Shown: piece after piece, positions 22,904-35,075 of the stretch
How positions within the stretch are numbered: position 1 is the first letter of the stretch
Layout of the letters: every line of letters starts with the position of its first letter
Assembly (NCBI RefSeq): GCF_003334785.1
Contig: NZ_QOWV01000016.1
DNA from: Escherichia coli
Lineage (GTDB): Bacteria > Pseudomonadota > Gammaproteobacteria > Enterobacterales > Enterobacteriaceae
DNA length: 64,000 bases
Reading direction: 5' to 3' (one strand)
The notes under the pieces: model-generated
Databases searched by the model: none
What the model saw: the letters and a program-made list of their open reading frames with translations, nothing else
Told to the model about the DNA's origin: nothing
Translations under genes and position numbers: made by a program

Positions 22904-22988
22904 GTAGGCCTGATAAGACGCGTCAGCGTCGCATCAGGCAAATGTGCCGGCCATTGTCGGATGCGGCGCGACCGCCTTATTCGACCTA
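22904..22988. repeat. REP elements (pair)
   Basis: gtaggcctgataagacgcgtcagcgtcgcatcaggc and gccggccattgtcggatgcggcgcgaccgccttattcgacctac: canonical E. coli REP palindromes. Confidence 0.8.
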
Positions 22989-23555
22989 CACGACACACAT
23001 TTCCCTGCCAAATTTGCGCCCCATATCTCACTATCCATTAACGGATTTGTGACAGAAACCATTGTCTTTTTTTATATTTGCTTAAATCTTTTTTTGCGTT
23101 ACTTATGGCTGGCCCTGGCATTTTCCGCTGTGCGTTTTAGCGTTCATGGTATTAATCGCTCAGATATCCACCTTTTCCTCAGATTTTTTTCATTAAATGC
23201 ATAAAACTTAATCACCAAATGTTGCTAAATATTAAGCTGATTGTTCTGGTCATGTTGGAGTAGCACAAATTTCTCTGCTGCAAATAGCTGTTTGAAGTTT
23301 TTTTAATCTTTGTTTGTGGATTCTCACCGTTGGTGTAAATCCCGGTTGGCTGTATTGACGTTTTCACATTCTGTTGACAGATTGTAGGTCACGAGGGGCA
23401 TTTTATGGAGGATCCGCACTGTTACACTGATGTTAATTAGTACGGCATCCCCACCTCATAACGTTGACCCGACCGGGCAAAAAACAAAAAAGGTCAGGCA
23501 GCGACAACCCACTGCAAAGGGTTAAAACAACAAACATCACAATTGGAGCAGAATA

Positions 23556-25163
23556 ATGCGTATTTCCTTGAAAAAGTCAGGGATGCTGAAGCTTGGTCTC
23601 AGCCTGGTGGCTATGACCGTCGCAGCAAGTGTTCAGGCTAAAACTCTGGTTTATTGCTCAGAAGGATCTCCGGAAGGGTTTAACCCGCAGCTGTTTACCT
23701 CCGGCACCACCTATGACGCCTCTTCCGTCCCGCTTTATAACCGTCTGGTTGAATTTAAAATCGGCACCACCGAAGTGATCCCGGGCCTCGCTGAAAAGTG
23801 GGAAGTCAGCGAAGACGGTAAAACCTATACCTTCCATCTGCGTAAAGGTGTGAAGTGGCACGACAATAAAGAATTCAAACCGACGCGTGAACTGAACGCC
23901 GATGATGTGGTGTTCTCGTTCGATCGTCAGAAAAACGCGCAAAACCCGTACCATAAAGTTTCTGGCGGCAGCTACGAATACTTCGAAGGCATGGGCTTGC
24001 CAGAGCTGATCAGTGAAGTGAAAAAGGTGGACGACAACACCGTTCAGTTTGTGCTGACTCGCCCGGAAGCGCCGTTCCTCGCTGACCTGGCAATGGACTT
24101 CGCCTCTATTCTGTCAAAAGAATATGCTGATGCGATGATGAAAGCCGGTACACCGGAAAAACTGGACCTCAACCCAATCGGAACCGGTCCGTTCCAGTTA
24201 CAGCAGTATCAAAAAGATTCCCGTATCCGCTACAAAGCGTTTGATGGCTACTGGGGCACCAAACCGCAGATCGATACGCTGGTTTTCTCTATTACCCCTG
24301 ACGCTTCCGTGCGTTACGCGAAATTGCAGAAGAATGAATGCCAGGTGATGCCGTACCCGAACCCGGCAGATATCGCTCGCATGAAGCAGGATAAATCCAT
24401 CAATCTGATGGAAATGCCGGGGCTGAACGTCGGTTATCTCTCGTATAACGTGCAGAAAAAACCACTCGATGACGTGAAAGTTCGCCAGGCTCTGACCTAC
24501 GCGGTGAACAAAGACGCGATCATCAAAGCGGTTTATCAGGGCGCGGGCGTATCAGCGAAAAACCTGATCCCGCCAACCATGTGGGGCTATAACGACGACG
24601 TTCAGGACTACACCTACGATCCTGAAAAAGCGAAAGCCTTGCTGAAAGAAGCGGGTCTGGAAAAAGGTTTCTCCATCGACCTGTGGGCGATGCCGGTACA
24701 ACGTCCGTATAACCCGAACGCTCGCCGCATGGCGGAGATGATTCAGGCAGACTGGGCGAAAGTCGGCGTGCAGGCCAAAATTGTCACCTACGAATGGGGT
24801 GAGTACCTCAAGCGTGCGAAAGATGGCGAGCACCAGACGGTAATGATGGGCTGGACTGGCGATAACGGGGATCCGGATAACTTCTTCGCCACCCTGTTCA
24901 GCTGCGCCGCCTCTGAACAAGGCTCCAACTACTCAAAATGGTGCTACAAACCGTTTGAAGATCTGATTCAACCGGCGCGTGCTACCGACGACCACAATAA
25001 ACGCGTTGAACTGTACAAACAAGCGCAGGTGGTGATGCACGATCAGGCTCCGGCACTGATCATCGCTCACTCCACCGTGTTTGAACCGGTACGTAAAGAA
25101 GTTAAAGGCTATGTGGTTGATCCATTAGGCAAACATCACTTCGAAAACGTCTCTATCGAATAA
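23556..25163 (+). CDS. dppA: Dipeptide ABC transporter periplasmic binding protein (535 aa)
   Basis: MRISLKKSGMLKLGLSLVAMTVAASVQAKTLVYCSEGSPEGFNPQLF...; SBP family 5. Confidence 0.95.
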   Translation: MRISLKKSGMLKLGLSLVAMTVAASVQAKTLVYCSEGSPEGFNPQLFTSGTTYDASSVPLYNRLVEFKIGTTEVIPGLAEKWEVSEDGKTYTFHLRKGVKWHDNKEFKPTRELNADDVVFSFDRQKNAQNPYHKVSGGSYEYFEGMGLPELISEVKKVDDNTVQFVLTRPEAPFLADLAMDFASILSKEYADAMMKAGTPEKLDLNPIGTGPFQLQQYQKDSRIRYKAFDGYWGTKPQIDTLVFSITPDASVRYAKLQKNECQVMPYPNPADIARMKQDKSINLMEMPGLNVGYLSYNVQKKPLDDVKVRQALTYAVNKDAIIKAVYQGAGVSAKNLIPPTMWGYNDDVQDYTYDPEKAKALLKEAGLEKGFSIDLWAMPVQRPYNPNARRMAEMIQADWAKVGVQAKIVTYEWGEYLKRAKDGEHQTVMMGWTGDNGDPDNFFATLFSCAASEQGSNYSKWCYKPFEDLIQPARATDDHNKRVELYKQAQVVMHDQAPALIIAHSTVFEPVRKEVKGYVVDPLGKHHFENVSIE

Positions 25164-25200
25164 TTAAAAGCCATACAAGACTGATGGCAAAGGCAAAAAT

Positions 25201-25371
25201 GCCTGATGCGCTCCGCTTATCAGGCCTACGAAAATTCTGCAATGTATTGAATTTGCACGATTTTGTAGGCCGGATAAGGCGTTAACGCCGCATCCGGCAT
25301 AAACAAAGCGCACTTTGTCAACAATCTGTATACCCGGTGGCGCTGTGCCTCTGCGTGCAGCGCCATCCGGC
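25201..25371. repeat. BIME/REP cluster in the dppA-dppB intergenic region
   Basis: gcctgatgcgctccgcttatcaggcctac ... gtaggccggataaggcgttaacgccgcatccggc ... ggcgctgtgcctctgcgtgcagcgccatccggc. Confidence 0.8.
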
Positions 25372-25470
25372 AGCAATACTTCATTCCCTGTCCGATAAGG
25401 GCGGGAATTGATTTGTGAGCAATACAGACACGCAGTTCCAGGCTGCGGGTCACTATAGAGAATCCGGGTT

Positions 25471-26490
25471 ATGTTGCAGTTTATTCTCCGACGTTTGGGA
25501 CTCGTCATCCCCACGTTTATCGGTATTACCCTTCTCACATTTGCCTTTGTCCACATGATCCCGGGCGATCCGGTGATGATCATGGCGGGCGAACGTGGGA
25601 TCTCCCCAGAGCGTCACGCGCAGCTGCTGGCTGAACTCGGCTTAGATAAACCGATGTGGCAGCAGTATCTCCATTACATTTGGGGCGTTATGCATGGCGA
25701 TCTAGGCATTTCAATGAAAAGCCGCATCCCGGTTTGGGAAGAGTTCGTGCCGCGCTTCCAGGCCACGCTGGAACTTGGCGTCTGCGCGATGATTTTTGCT
25801 ACGGCAGTCGGTATTCCGGTCGGCGTGCTGGCTGCGGTTAAACGCGGTTCCATTTTCGATCACACAGCGGTTGGCCTGGCGCTGACAGGTTATTCAATGC
25901 CTATCTTCTGGTGGGGCATGATGCTGATCATGCTGGTTTCGGTGCACTGGAACCTGACGCCCGTCTCCGGTCGCGTGAGCGATATGGTGTTCCTCGATGA
26001 CTCCAATCCGTTAACCGGTTTTATGCTAATCGACACCGCCATCTGGGGTGAAGACGGCAACTTTATCGATGCCGTCGCCCATATGATCTTGCCTGCCATT
26101 GTGCTGGGTACTATTCCGCTGGCGGTCATTGTGCGTATGACACGCTCCTCGATGCTGGAAGTGCTGGGCGAGGATTACATCCGCACCGCGCGCGCCAAAG
26201 GGCTAACCCGCATGCGGGTGATTATCGTCCATGCGCTGCGTAACGCGATGCTGCCGGTGGTGACCGTTATCGGCCTGCAGGTGGGAACATTGCTGGCGGG
26301 GGCGATTCTGACCGAAACCATCTTCTCGTGGCCCGGTCTGGGACGCTGGTTGATTGACGCACTGCAACGCCGCGACTATCCGGTAGTGCAGGGCGGCGTA
26401 TTGCTGGTGGCGACGATGATTATCCTCGTCAACTTGCTGGTCGATCTGCTGTACGGCGTGGTGAACCCGCGTATTCGTCATAAGAAGTAA
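25471..26490 (+). CDS. dppB: Dipeptide ABC transporter permease (339 aa)
   Basis: MLQFILRRLGLVIPTFIGITLLTFAFVHMIPGDP...; BPD-transport permease. Confidence 0.95.
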   Translation: MLQFILRRLGLVIPTFIGITLLTFAFVHMIPGDPVMIMAGERGISPERHAQLLAELGLDKPMWQQYLHYIWGVMHGDLGISMKSRIPVWEEFVPRFQATLELGVCAMIFATAVGIPVGVLAAVKRGSIFDHTAVGLALTGYSMPIFWWGMMLIMLVSVHWNLTPVSGRVSDMVFLDDSNPLTGFMLIDTAIWGEDGNFIDAVAHMILPAIVLGTIPLAVIVRMTRSSMLEVLGEDYIRTARAKGLTRMRVIIVHALRNAMLPVVTVIGLQVGTLLAGAILTETIFSWPGLGRWLIDALQRRDYPVVQGGVLLVATMIILVNLLVDLLYGVVNPRIRHKK

Positions 26491-26499
26491 GGGGACATC

Positions 26500-27402
26500 A
26501 TGTCACAGGTTACTGAAAATAAAGTGATTAGCGCACCGGTGCCGATGACCCCGTTACAGGAGTTCTGGCACTATTTTAAACGCAACAAAGGCGCGGTCGT
26601 CGGGCTGGTTTACGTCGTCATCGTGCTGTTCATCGCGATCTTTGCCAACTGGATTGCACCCTATAACCCGGCGGAACAGTTCCGCGATGCACTGCTCGCC
26701 CCGCCAGCCTGGCAGGAAGGCGGCAGCATGGCGCACTTGCTGGGCACCGATGACGTAGGCCGTGATGTGCTGTCGCGCCTGATGTACGGTGCGCGCCTGT
26801 CGCTGCTGGTTGGCTGTCTGGTAGTTGTGTTATCGCTGATTATGGGCGTTATTCTCGGCCTGATCGCCGGTTACTTTGGCGGCCTGGTCGATAACATCAT
26901 TATGCGCGTGGTCGATATCATGCTGGCGCTGCCAAGTCTGCTGCTGGCGCTGGTGCTGGTGGCAATTTTCGGCCCGTCGATTGGTAACGCCGCGCTGGCA
27001 CTGACCTTCGTTGCCTTGCCGCACTATGTGCGCTTAACCCGCGCCGCCGTGCTGGTGGAAGTTAACCGCGATTACGTCACCGCGTCTCGCGTGGCGGGTG
27101 CCGGGGCGATGCGTCAGATGTTTATTAACATCTTCCCGAACTGCCTTGCGCCGCTGATTGTTCAGGCGTCGCTCGGTTTCTCTAACGCCATTCTCGATAT
27201 GGCTGCTCTTGGTTTCCTCGGCATGGGGGCACAGCCGCCAACGCCTGAGTGGGGCACCATGCTCTCCGACGTGTTGCAGTTCGCGCAAAGCGCCTGGTGG
27301 GTCGTGACCTTCCCGGGTCTGGCGATCCTGCTGACGGTGCTGGCATTTAACCTGATGGGTGACGGTCTGCGTGACGCGCTCGATCCCAAACTGAAGCAGT
27401 AA
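26500..27402 (+). CDS. dppC: Dipeptide ABC transporter permease (300 aa)
   Basis: [36 protein letters not shown]...; permease with the EAA-loop region. Confidence 0.95.
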
Positions 27403-27412
27403 GAGGTTCGAG

Positions 27413-28396
27413 ATGGCGTTATTAAATGTAGATAAATTATCGGTGCATTTCGGCGACGAAAGCGCGCCGTTCCGCGCCGTAGACCGCATCAGCTACAGCG
27501 TAAAACAGGGCGAAGTGGTCGGGATTGTGGGTGAGTCCGGCTCCGGTAAGTCGGTCAGTTCACTGGCGATTATGGGGCTGATTGATTATCCGGGCCGCGT
27601 AATGGCAGAAAAACTGGAGTTTAACGGCCAGGATTTGCAGCGTATCTCAGAAAAAGAGCGCCGCAACCTGGTGGGTGCCGAAGTGGCGATGATCTTCCAG
27701 GACCCGATGACCAGCCTTAACCCGTGCTACACCGTGGGTTTCCAGATTATGGAAGCGATTAAGGTGCATCAGGGCGGCAACAAAAGTACCCGCCGTCAGC
27801 GAGCGATTGACCTGCTGAATCAGGTCGGTATTCCCGATCCGGCATCGCGTCTGGATGTTTACCCGCATCAGCTTTCCGGCGGCATGAGCCAGCGCGTGAT
27901 GATCGCCATGGCGATTGCCTGTCGGCCAAAACTGCTGATTGCCGATGAACCGACCACCGCGCTGGACGTGACCATTCAGGCGCAAATCATCGAACTACTG
28001 CTGGAGCTACAGCAGAAAGAGAACATGGCGCTGGTGTTAATTACCCATGACCTGGCGCTGGTGGCGGAAGCGGCACATAAAATCATCGTGATGTATGCAG
28101 GCCAGGTGGTGGAAACCGGTGATGCGCACGCCATCTTCCATGCGCCGCGTCACCCGTATACTCAGGCATTGCTGCGTGCGCTGCCAGAATTTGCTCAGGA
28201 CAAAGAACGTCTGGCGTCGTTGCCAGGTGTCGTTCCCGGCAAGTACGACCGCCCGAACGGCTGCCTGCTTAACCCGCGCTGCCCCTATGCCACTGACAGA
28301 TGTCGCGCTGAAGAACCGGCGCTGAATATGCTCGCTGACGGGCGTCAGTCCAAATGCCATTACCCACTTGATGATGCCGGGAGGCCGACACTATGA
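27413..28396 (+). CDS. dppD: Dipeptide ABC transporter ATP-binding protein (327 aa)
   Basis: Walker [12 protein letters not shown] signature LSGGMSQR, Walker [13 protein letters not shown]. Confidence 0.95.
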
Positions 28397-29397
28397 GTAC
28401 GCAAGAGGCCACCCTGCAACAACCGCTGTTGCAGGCTATCGACCTGAAAAAACATTATCCGGTGAAGAAAGGCATGTTCGCGCCGGAACGTCTGGTTAAA
28501 GCGCTGGATGGCGTTTCGTTTAACCTTGAACGTGGCAAAACGCTGGCAGTAGTGGGCGAATCTGGCTGCGGTAAATCGACCCTCGGTCGGTTGCTGACGA
28601 TGATTGAAATGCCCACCGGTGGCGAGCTGTATTACCAGGGGCAGGATCTGCTTAAGCACGATCCGCAGGCGCAGAAGCTGCGTCGGCAGAAAATCCAGAT
28701 CGTCTTCCAGAACCCTTACGGTTCGCTGAATCCGCGTAAAAAAGTCGGGCAAATTCTTGAAGAGCCGCTGCTGATCAACACCAGCTTAAGCAAAGAACAG
28801 CGTCGGGAAAAAGCCCTGTCGATGATGGCGAAAGTCGGCCTGAAAACCGAGCACTATGACCGCTATCCGCATATGTTCTCCGGCGGTCAGCGTCAGCGTA
28901 TCGCCATCGCCCGTGGTCTGATGCTCGACCCGGATGTGGTGATTGCCGATGAACCGGTTTCCGCGCTGGATGTTTCAGTGCGCGCGCAGGTGCTGAATCT
29001 GATGATGGATTTGCAGCAGGAGTTGGGGCTGTCTTATGTCTTTATCTCCCACGACCTGTCGGTGGTGGAGCACATTGCTGATGAAGTGATGGTGATGTAC
29101 CTGGGCCGCTGCGTGGAGAAGGGAACGAAAGACCAAATCTTCAATAACCCGCGCCATCCGTACACTCAGGCGCTACTTTCCGCGACGCCGCGCCTGAACC
29201 CGGACGATCGCCGCGAGCGCATCAAGCTCAGCGGTGAACTACCAAGCCCACTGAATCCACCGCCGGGTTGCGCCTTCAACGCCCGCTGTCGTCGGCGCTT
29301 CGGCCCCTGCACCCAGTTGCAGCCGCAGCTAAAAGACTACGGCGGTCAACTGGTAGCTTGTTTTGCTGTTGATCAGGATGAAAATCCGCAGCGTTAA
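28393..29397 (+). CDS. dppF: Dipeptide ABC transporter ATP-binding protein (334 aa)
   Basis: Walker A GESGCGKS, signature FSGGQRQR, Walker [13 protein letters not shown]; start overlaps the dppD stop. Confidence 0.95.
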
Positions 29398-29426
29398 CTC
29401 ACAAAACCGGGGCCATGCGCTCCGGT

Positions 29427-30698
29427 TTACTCAATCAGCTTCAACAGTGGCGACAAGCATAGCAAAATGCCGTACAGCAGAATCAGCCAGGCTTTAAATC
29501 CGCGAAGTTTTTCCAGTTGTGCGACTTTATAGATCAGGAAAAACGGAATGAGGCACGACACAATACCATATAACGGGCTTCCCAACTGAAAGAACACCAG
29601 CACCGATACACGAAACGAAACCCAAATCGTCAACGTAATGACGATAAAAGCGCAGATCGCTAGAGTCAGCACGCGTGAGTTAATTTTCTTGGTATCAATA
29701 ATTCGGCTTAACAGATTGAGAATAATGCCTTTAATGGCCTCGTGGAAACCGAGATAAATGCCAAAGAATGCGGTCAGTACGGCAAAGATATTAAGCACCG
29801 TAGAGGTGATATGAATGATATGCCCAGGGATCACCTGCGCGGCCAGCGCCAGTGCTGAGATATTTTGTTCAAAGGCAGAAACGGCTTCTTCGTGGCTAAT
29901 TGAGAAGGTAAACGAAAAGGCAAAAAACAGGATCACCGCGATGAGCGTGATATAACTAATTCGGTGGGTACGCAGCGCGAGCCGGGTTGCCAGTACTTTA
30001 TCCGCTTCCCGTTTACGATAGGCAATATTCATTGGGTTAAGTACCTGAATAAATACTGCAGAAAAGAAGCAAAATGGAATGGTAAGCAAGACATCGCGGA
30101 AAAAGACGGAGGCTTGCGGGAAGGCGGTTATATTGGCGAAATTCCAGTGCGGGATCATCGCAAAACCGAACACGACAATAATCCCTACTTTGACCACCAC
30201 CATTGGCCCGGAAATCTTAAACAGTAATCGTTCACCACCAGACGCAATCGCCACCAGTACGGCGAAAATAGCGACTTTATAAAGTAGAGATTGTGAAAGA
30301 TCGGCATCGGTTAAACCGAAGGTTTTCAGGTACGAGGCGCTGTCGAAAACCACGGAGAGAGAGTAGATAAAAATCCCGTGGATAATCATCAAAAAGTAGA
30401 TAACCCCGAGGAAAATTCCCCAGTTCTTCCCCAGGTAATGACTGATAATATCGGTGTAGTCATTACAGGAATCGCTTTCAGAAAGGGTTTTTAAATAAAT
30501 GTCCTGCACTACCCAGGTGGCAGGATAAGCAATGATCGCTGCGGTAATAAATACCCAAATTCCCTTCAAGCCAATTTGTACTGGCATCAGCACGGTTCCG
30601 GCACCAATCGCCATGCCTATGCATAATAAAACCCAGCCGAAGTCGTAGCGTGTAAACGGCAATTTCTGATTGTGTTTCGATAGTGTGTTGTGCTGCAT
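29427..30698 (-). CDS. yhjV: HAAAP-family (Ser/Thr/aromatic amino acid-type) transporter YhjV (423 aa)
   Basis: ORF 29427..30761; start taken at [43 protein letters not shown]... Confidence 0.85.
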
Positions 30699-31061
30699 AA
30701 AGTCCTGTCCAGAAAGAAGTCGGCCTCGCAAAAATGAATAAACCCAGTTTCTCTTGCGCAACAGGTGGAGAAGTCGAATACGCAGTATGTAAAAAATGAG
30801 GCAACAGATTCACTGGGGAGGTCGCGAGGAGGCGCAATTCTACAAAATTGCGCATTTCACTACCAGTCTGGAGTCAGCCCGGATATGAACTGCAACTATT
30901 GCAAATAAAGAAATTAAGCTGGAAGGCATCGCGCAATGAGGAAGATTGCCGGGTGCTGACAGTAAAAAGCAATCGTAGAATCAGCGGCAAGCCGGAAAGG
31001 TTCCGGTGAGGCGCAATGTTGCGGGGGCTTTATCCCTGGTGGCATTGGTTGCTGGAGAGAG

Positions 31062-31128
31062 AAAACCCCCGCACGTTGCAGGTATGCACCTGACAACACC
31101 ACGGGGGCTAATCTTGACTCTAGACCAC
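31062..31128 (-). ncRNA. rdlD: Candidate RdlD antisense sRNA (antitoxin of ldrD); boundaries approximate
   Basis: Minus strand upstream of ldrD carries a structured segment ending in the hairpin cccccgtggtg...cgtgcggggg followed by ttttct (terminator-like). Position agrees with the known ldr/rdl arrangement; no promoter mapped. Confidence 0.45.
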
Positions 31129-31173
31129 TCAAGAATAGCCGCGAAACGTTGTCATTACAACACAGGCGGCTAT

Positions 31174-31281
31174 ATGACGTTCGCAGAGCTGGGCATGGCC
31201 TTCTGGCATGATTTAGCGGCTCCGGTCATTGCTGGCATTCTTGCCAGTATGATCGTGAACTGGCTGAACAAGCGGAAGTAA
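31174..31281 (+). CDS. ldrD: Type I toxin LdrD (35 aa)
   Basis: MTFAELGMAFWHDLAAPVIAGILASMIVNWLNKRK: Ldr-family small hydrophobic toxin; the upstream in-frame 56 codons of ORF 31006..31281 are judged non-coding. Confidence 0.85.
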   Translation: MTFAELGMAFWHDLAAPVIAGILASMIVNWLNKRK

Positions 31282-31367
31282 CGTGTCATGCGGGCGTCAG
31301 GCTGCCGTAATGGCAATTTGCGCCCGGACCAGGCCGCAGGGGGGAAACTCTGCGGCCTTTTTCGTTC

Positions 31368-33047
31368 TTACTGCGGGTAAGGCACCCAGTCGCCGCCGTT
31401 CAGGCGAACGTACGGTTTATCCTGGTATTGAATAACTACTGCATTTGAGTTCTCGGAGACCGGTGCTGTTTGTGGCAACCCACTGGTGAGTTTTTTCCAG
31501 TCAACATTGTCTTCGGTGAAAATCTTGCCATCGAGAACGCGAACCACCAGATCGGAGATAGCCAGGAAGCTGCTCGGTTGTTCGATGACAATCGGTGCCC
31601 CCTGATGCGGTGCCTTCATGCCGAAGAATTTCACCCCAACGGGGACGTCGGTGATAGACGGGCTAGGGATATCACGTAGGCCAGATACCTGCATTCTGTC
31701 GCCCTTCAGCGCGCCGCCGTGTTCCGGCACCACGACCACCATCACTTTACGACCCGATTTCTCAAGTTCAGTAAAGAAGGCGTCCAGTTCATCAAAGAAT
31801 TTCTGCGCCCGCGCTTTGTAATCCGCTGTTTTGCTGACCCCCGGATAATGGTTGCCGTCATGCAGTGGAAGAGTGTTGTAGAACGTGGCACTACGGCTGT
31901 TTTTATCTTTTTCGGTAACGTCCAGCCAGCGGTTAAGCACAGCGGTATCGTCATAAACCGGCGAACCATCAAAGCCCAGCAAAATAACCGGCAGATTTGT
32001 TTGATCCATCAATTCGCTCTGCATGCCGCCATTTTCGCGAACTTCTTTCAAAAAACCGCCGAACTGGCCGTTATGTCCCATCATCAGGTGCTGGGTAAAG
32101 CCCAGTTTCGAAAGGTTATCAAACAGATAGCAGTCGTTATTTGCCGGTTGATACAGATTAGTGTGCGAAGTCTGCCCGCAGCTGGCGCGCAGTAAACGGA
32201 TCGCCGCCGGGCCACTGTAGGAGGTGGCGGAGTTAAAGTTCTTGAACTCAATATCGAAATGCGACCACAGTGGATGCGACATCAACCCGGCGGCTTCTAT
32301 ATCCGACCAGGAAAGCGAACAGATGTTAATCACCAGTAGTTCAAATGGCTGAGCATCAGCGGGCAGCGAAGACGGGAAGGTCGATTTACGTTTCGCCTCC
32401 GCGTTATAGAAATTATTCAGCCAGGCGTTAAGGTTCGCCGTTGTTGGCGGTGCAGTTTGTGCGGGCATATCACCCACTACCGGTGCGCCACCCGTCGCCG
32501 CAACGGTTGCCGCTGCGTTACCACCCGTCGTTGTTACAGTGGTCGTCGGTTGTCCGGCTGGCCACAAGGAGAAACTTGGTCCCGCCAGGGTAAGTACGTT
32601 CAGCCATAGCAGTATGGCAACCACAAAAACGGTAATGCGAATCCATTGTGACAGGAATAACCAGGCCACTAATAAAACAAAAATGGCCCCAATCATCTGC
32701 CAGTTAATAAAGCGTGTGACAAGGTCGATTAAATAATCGGTACTGAACCCCGCCACCTGCGAACCCTGGCTCATTATGCTTTCCGGGCCAGGCAACCAGG
32801 TGTCATGCCAGAACAAAGCAAAGCCGATCGGCAGGGCAATCCAGTGGCGCAAGCGATGCAGGCTGTAGCGCGGAAGGGGCATCAGCAGAAACGCGGCAAA
32901 CACCAAATTGAGGAGCGGATGGAAGTTAAGATATCCCGCCCACAACAGGCCGAACTTAACCAGAAAATAGAAGTTCCAGCCGGAAAGGCCGCGCCAGTAT
33001 TGCCAGAGGGAAGAAGGCATGGCGGTATTTTGCGTAAATTGAGTCAT
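31368..33047 (-). CDS. bcsG: Cellulose biosynthesis protein BcsG (559 aa)
   Basis: [39 protein letters not shown]...; N-terminal TM domain plus periplasmic alkaline-phosphatase-like domain. Confidence 0.9.
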
Positions 33048-33235
33048 TTTTTGGTTGCCCTGGCTTTTTCCGTGCGGCGTAACGTCCCGGCCGGTTTAAC
33101 ATAACGAGGTTTAGCAAAGAACAAACGTAAGGTGTCGCGAATGCGTCGCAAAGAGTGCCGCGCCAGATAGCCCAGCGGGAAAAATATCAGTGCGCAAACG
33201 ACAATAATTTCAATGATATCGCTGATGGTCATCAT
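33044..33235 (-). CDS. bcsF: Cellulose biosynthesis protein BcsF (63 aa, single TM)
   Basis: [34 protein letters not shown]...; translationally coupled between bcsE and bcsG. Confidence 0.85.
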
Positions 33236-34803
33236 GATGAGCGCTCCACAGCATCATCTAACAGTCGCATGGGTTCTGGTATTCGTCGCCAGTGGCGACC
33301 ATCGTGCTCGGCATTGATGACCGGTTTAGAACTTTGCGTTAAAGGCAGCGGCATGCCCCATTGTTCTGGGGCAAGCAAGCGCATCTGCACCAGCTCGGCA
33401 CTGATTTGATCATCTTCAAACCAGACCATACGGTTTGAGAAAATGTCGCCAGTAGGCAATGGGAAAATATGATTCAACGCGGTATCCAGATCGTTAATCC
33501 GACAGAATGAGAGAAACAGCACCAGCCGATTACCGCCAATGGTCATGATATCGCCGGTACGGTTAGGGCGACACAGCGTCAGGGCTTGTTCAACGCGGAT
33601 ACCCGGTACCGGACGTAGGGCAACCAGAACGCCTTTACCGTGGGCAGGTAATAGAGGGTTATTCATCATGTTGTTGACGGCATTACAGAACACATCCCAC
33701 TTCTGGAAACCACGCAGTTTGAGCGGCTGGGTCATTGACAGCAAGGTAGTGATATCTTCCGGCACATAGCGACTAAACTTCTGCCCTTGCACGCTTTCGA
33801 TCATCGTCAGACAACGGGAGAGTGGCGCATTCCACGGAATAACCATATTTGCACCGCAGGCCAATAACAAACGTTCATCGGTGGCGCGCAGGCTAGCGGT
33901 ATTTTCCCGCACGAGGATTTTCATCGCACTACCGCGCTGGCGACGCAGGGTATGAATGCTGCGGGCCAGTGGCTCGATTTGCGCATTTTGCTGTAAAGAA
34001 AAGACCACCGTCGCCGCCTGAGCGGTACGGGCTTCATTGAACAGGACTTCGTTATTGTTGAACAGTTGCCAGTGTTCCGATAGCGGCGGCGCACCTTCCA
34101 GTACAGCAACATTACTCAGAATGCGTTTTTCGTCGCTGCGTGGTTGGATCTCCGCCTCTTCGCTTTGAACTAATGTCCAGATACCATTTTGTTGCTGAAC
34201 GCTAAGCTGCTGACGGGCGCTGACCCCTTTTTCGTTGCACCAGAAGGCAATATCCAGCAAATGTTGGTCACCCTGAAAACGCAAACTGGCAAGACCAAAA
34301 AGTGAACGGTATTCCTCAAGCAACAATGAAAATTGTTTATCGTTATTATTTCCGGGATTAATTACCAAAAGCGAACAATGGTTTAACCTGCTCCATTTAT
34401 TCATTTTATCCAACCATGAGCGAAGCCGCTCGGCAGGAATGTTTTGCCATGCGTTATTTGCGCAAACAAGAATAAAAAGGTAATTATGGGGATCAATAGA
34501 ACACTGCAAATCACGGGTCAAATAGTATAGACCTTTTTCATGATTTAGCATTGAAAATAATTTTATTTTTTCCGGCCCTTGAGAATCATCTAATTGAAAG
34601 ATTTTCGCCGGATCGCTGTCCATGCTAATGACCGCGACGTGTGCGGTTTCAGCCTGGGATGCAATTGTTTGATTCGCCAGACTGATAGCATCTTCATGGC
34701 GATCGACGTTAAACCACCAGACGCCGCCTGCTGGCATATGTCGCAGCTCATCCCATAATGATGAGATACCGATAGAGAATACAGGGTCCACAATGTCCCT
34801 CAT
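33232..34803 (-). CDS. bcsE: Cellulose biosynthesis protein BcsE (c-di-GMP-binding GIL domain), 523 aa
   Basis: [42 protein letters not shown]...; first gene of the divergent bcsEFG operon. Confidence 0.9.
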
Positions 34804-35075
34804 GTCACCATTTTGTCTGATTATCAGTTTACTAGCGAAAGCTAAGAAATAAACCTACCATTGAAATTAAAACTTATCAGATTTAGCATGTGAATCAATT
34901 TAGAAGGTCACAAGACGTGTGATTTTAGTCTTTTCGTTTTTAACTTTTTCTGTTGCGTAACGGAAAGTCAAAAAGTGAGCAAATTCCCGTCTCGCCGTAA
35001 ACAATAAACCGGCGAAATGCTCACGGTTAGAATTGTCTCATGAACGGTACGGTTATTTCATAGGGATCAAGCAAA

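Noticed and set aside
31006-31281. 91-aa ORF upstream-extended from ldrD
   Set aside because: Only the last 35 codons form the Ldr toxin; the upstream 56 codons overlap the antisense RdlD region and the promoter/leader and show no protein-like composition.
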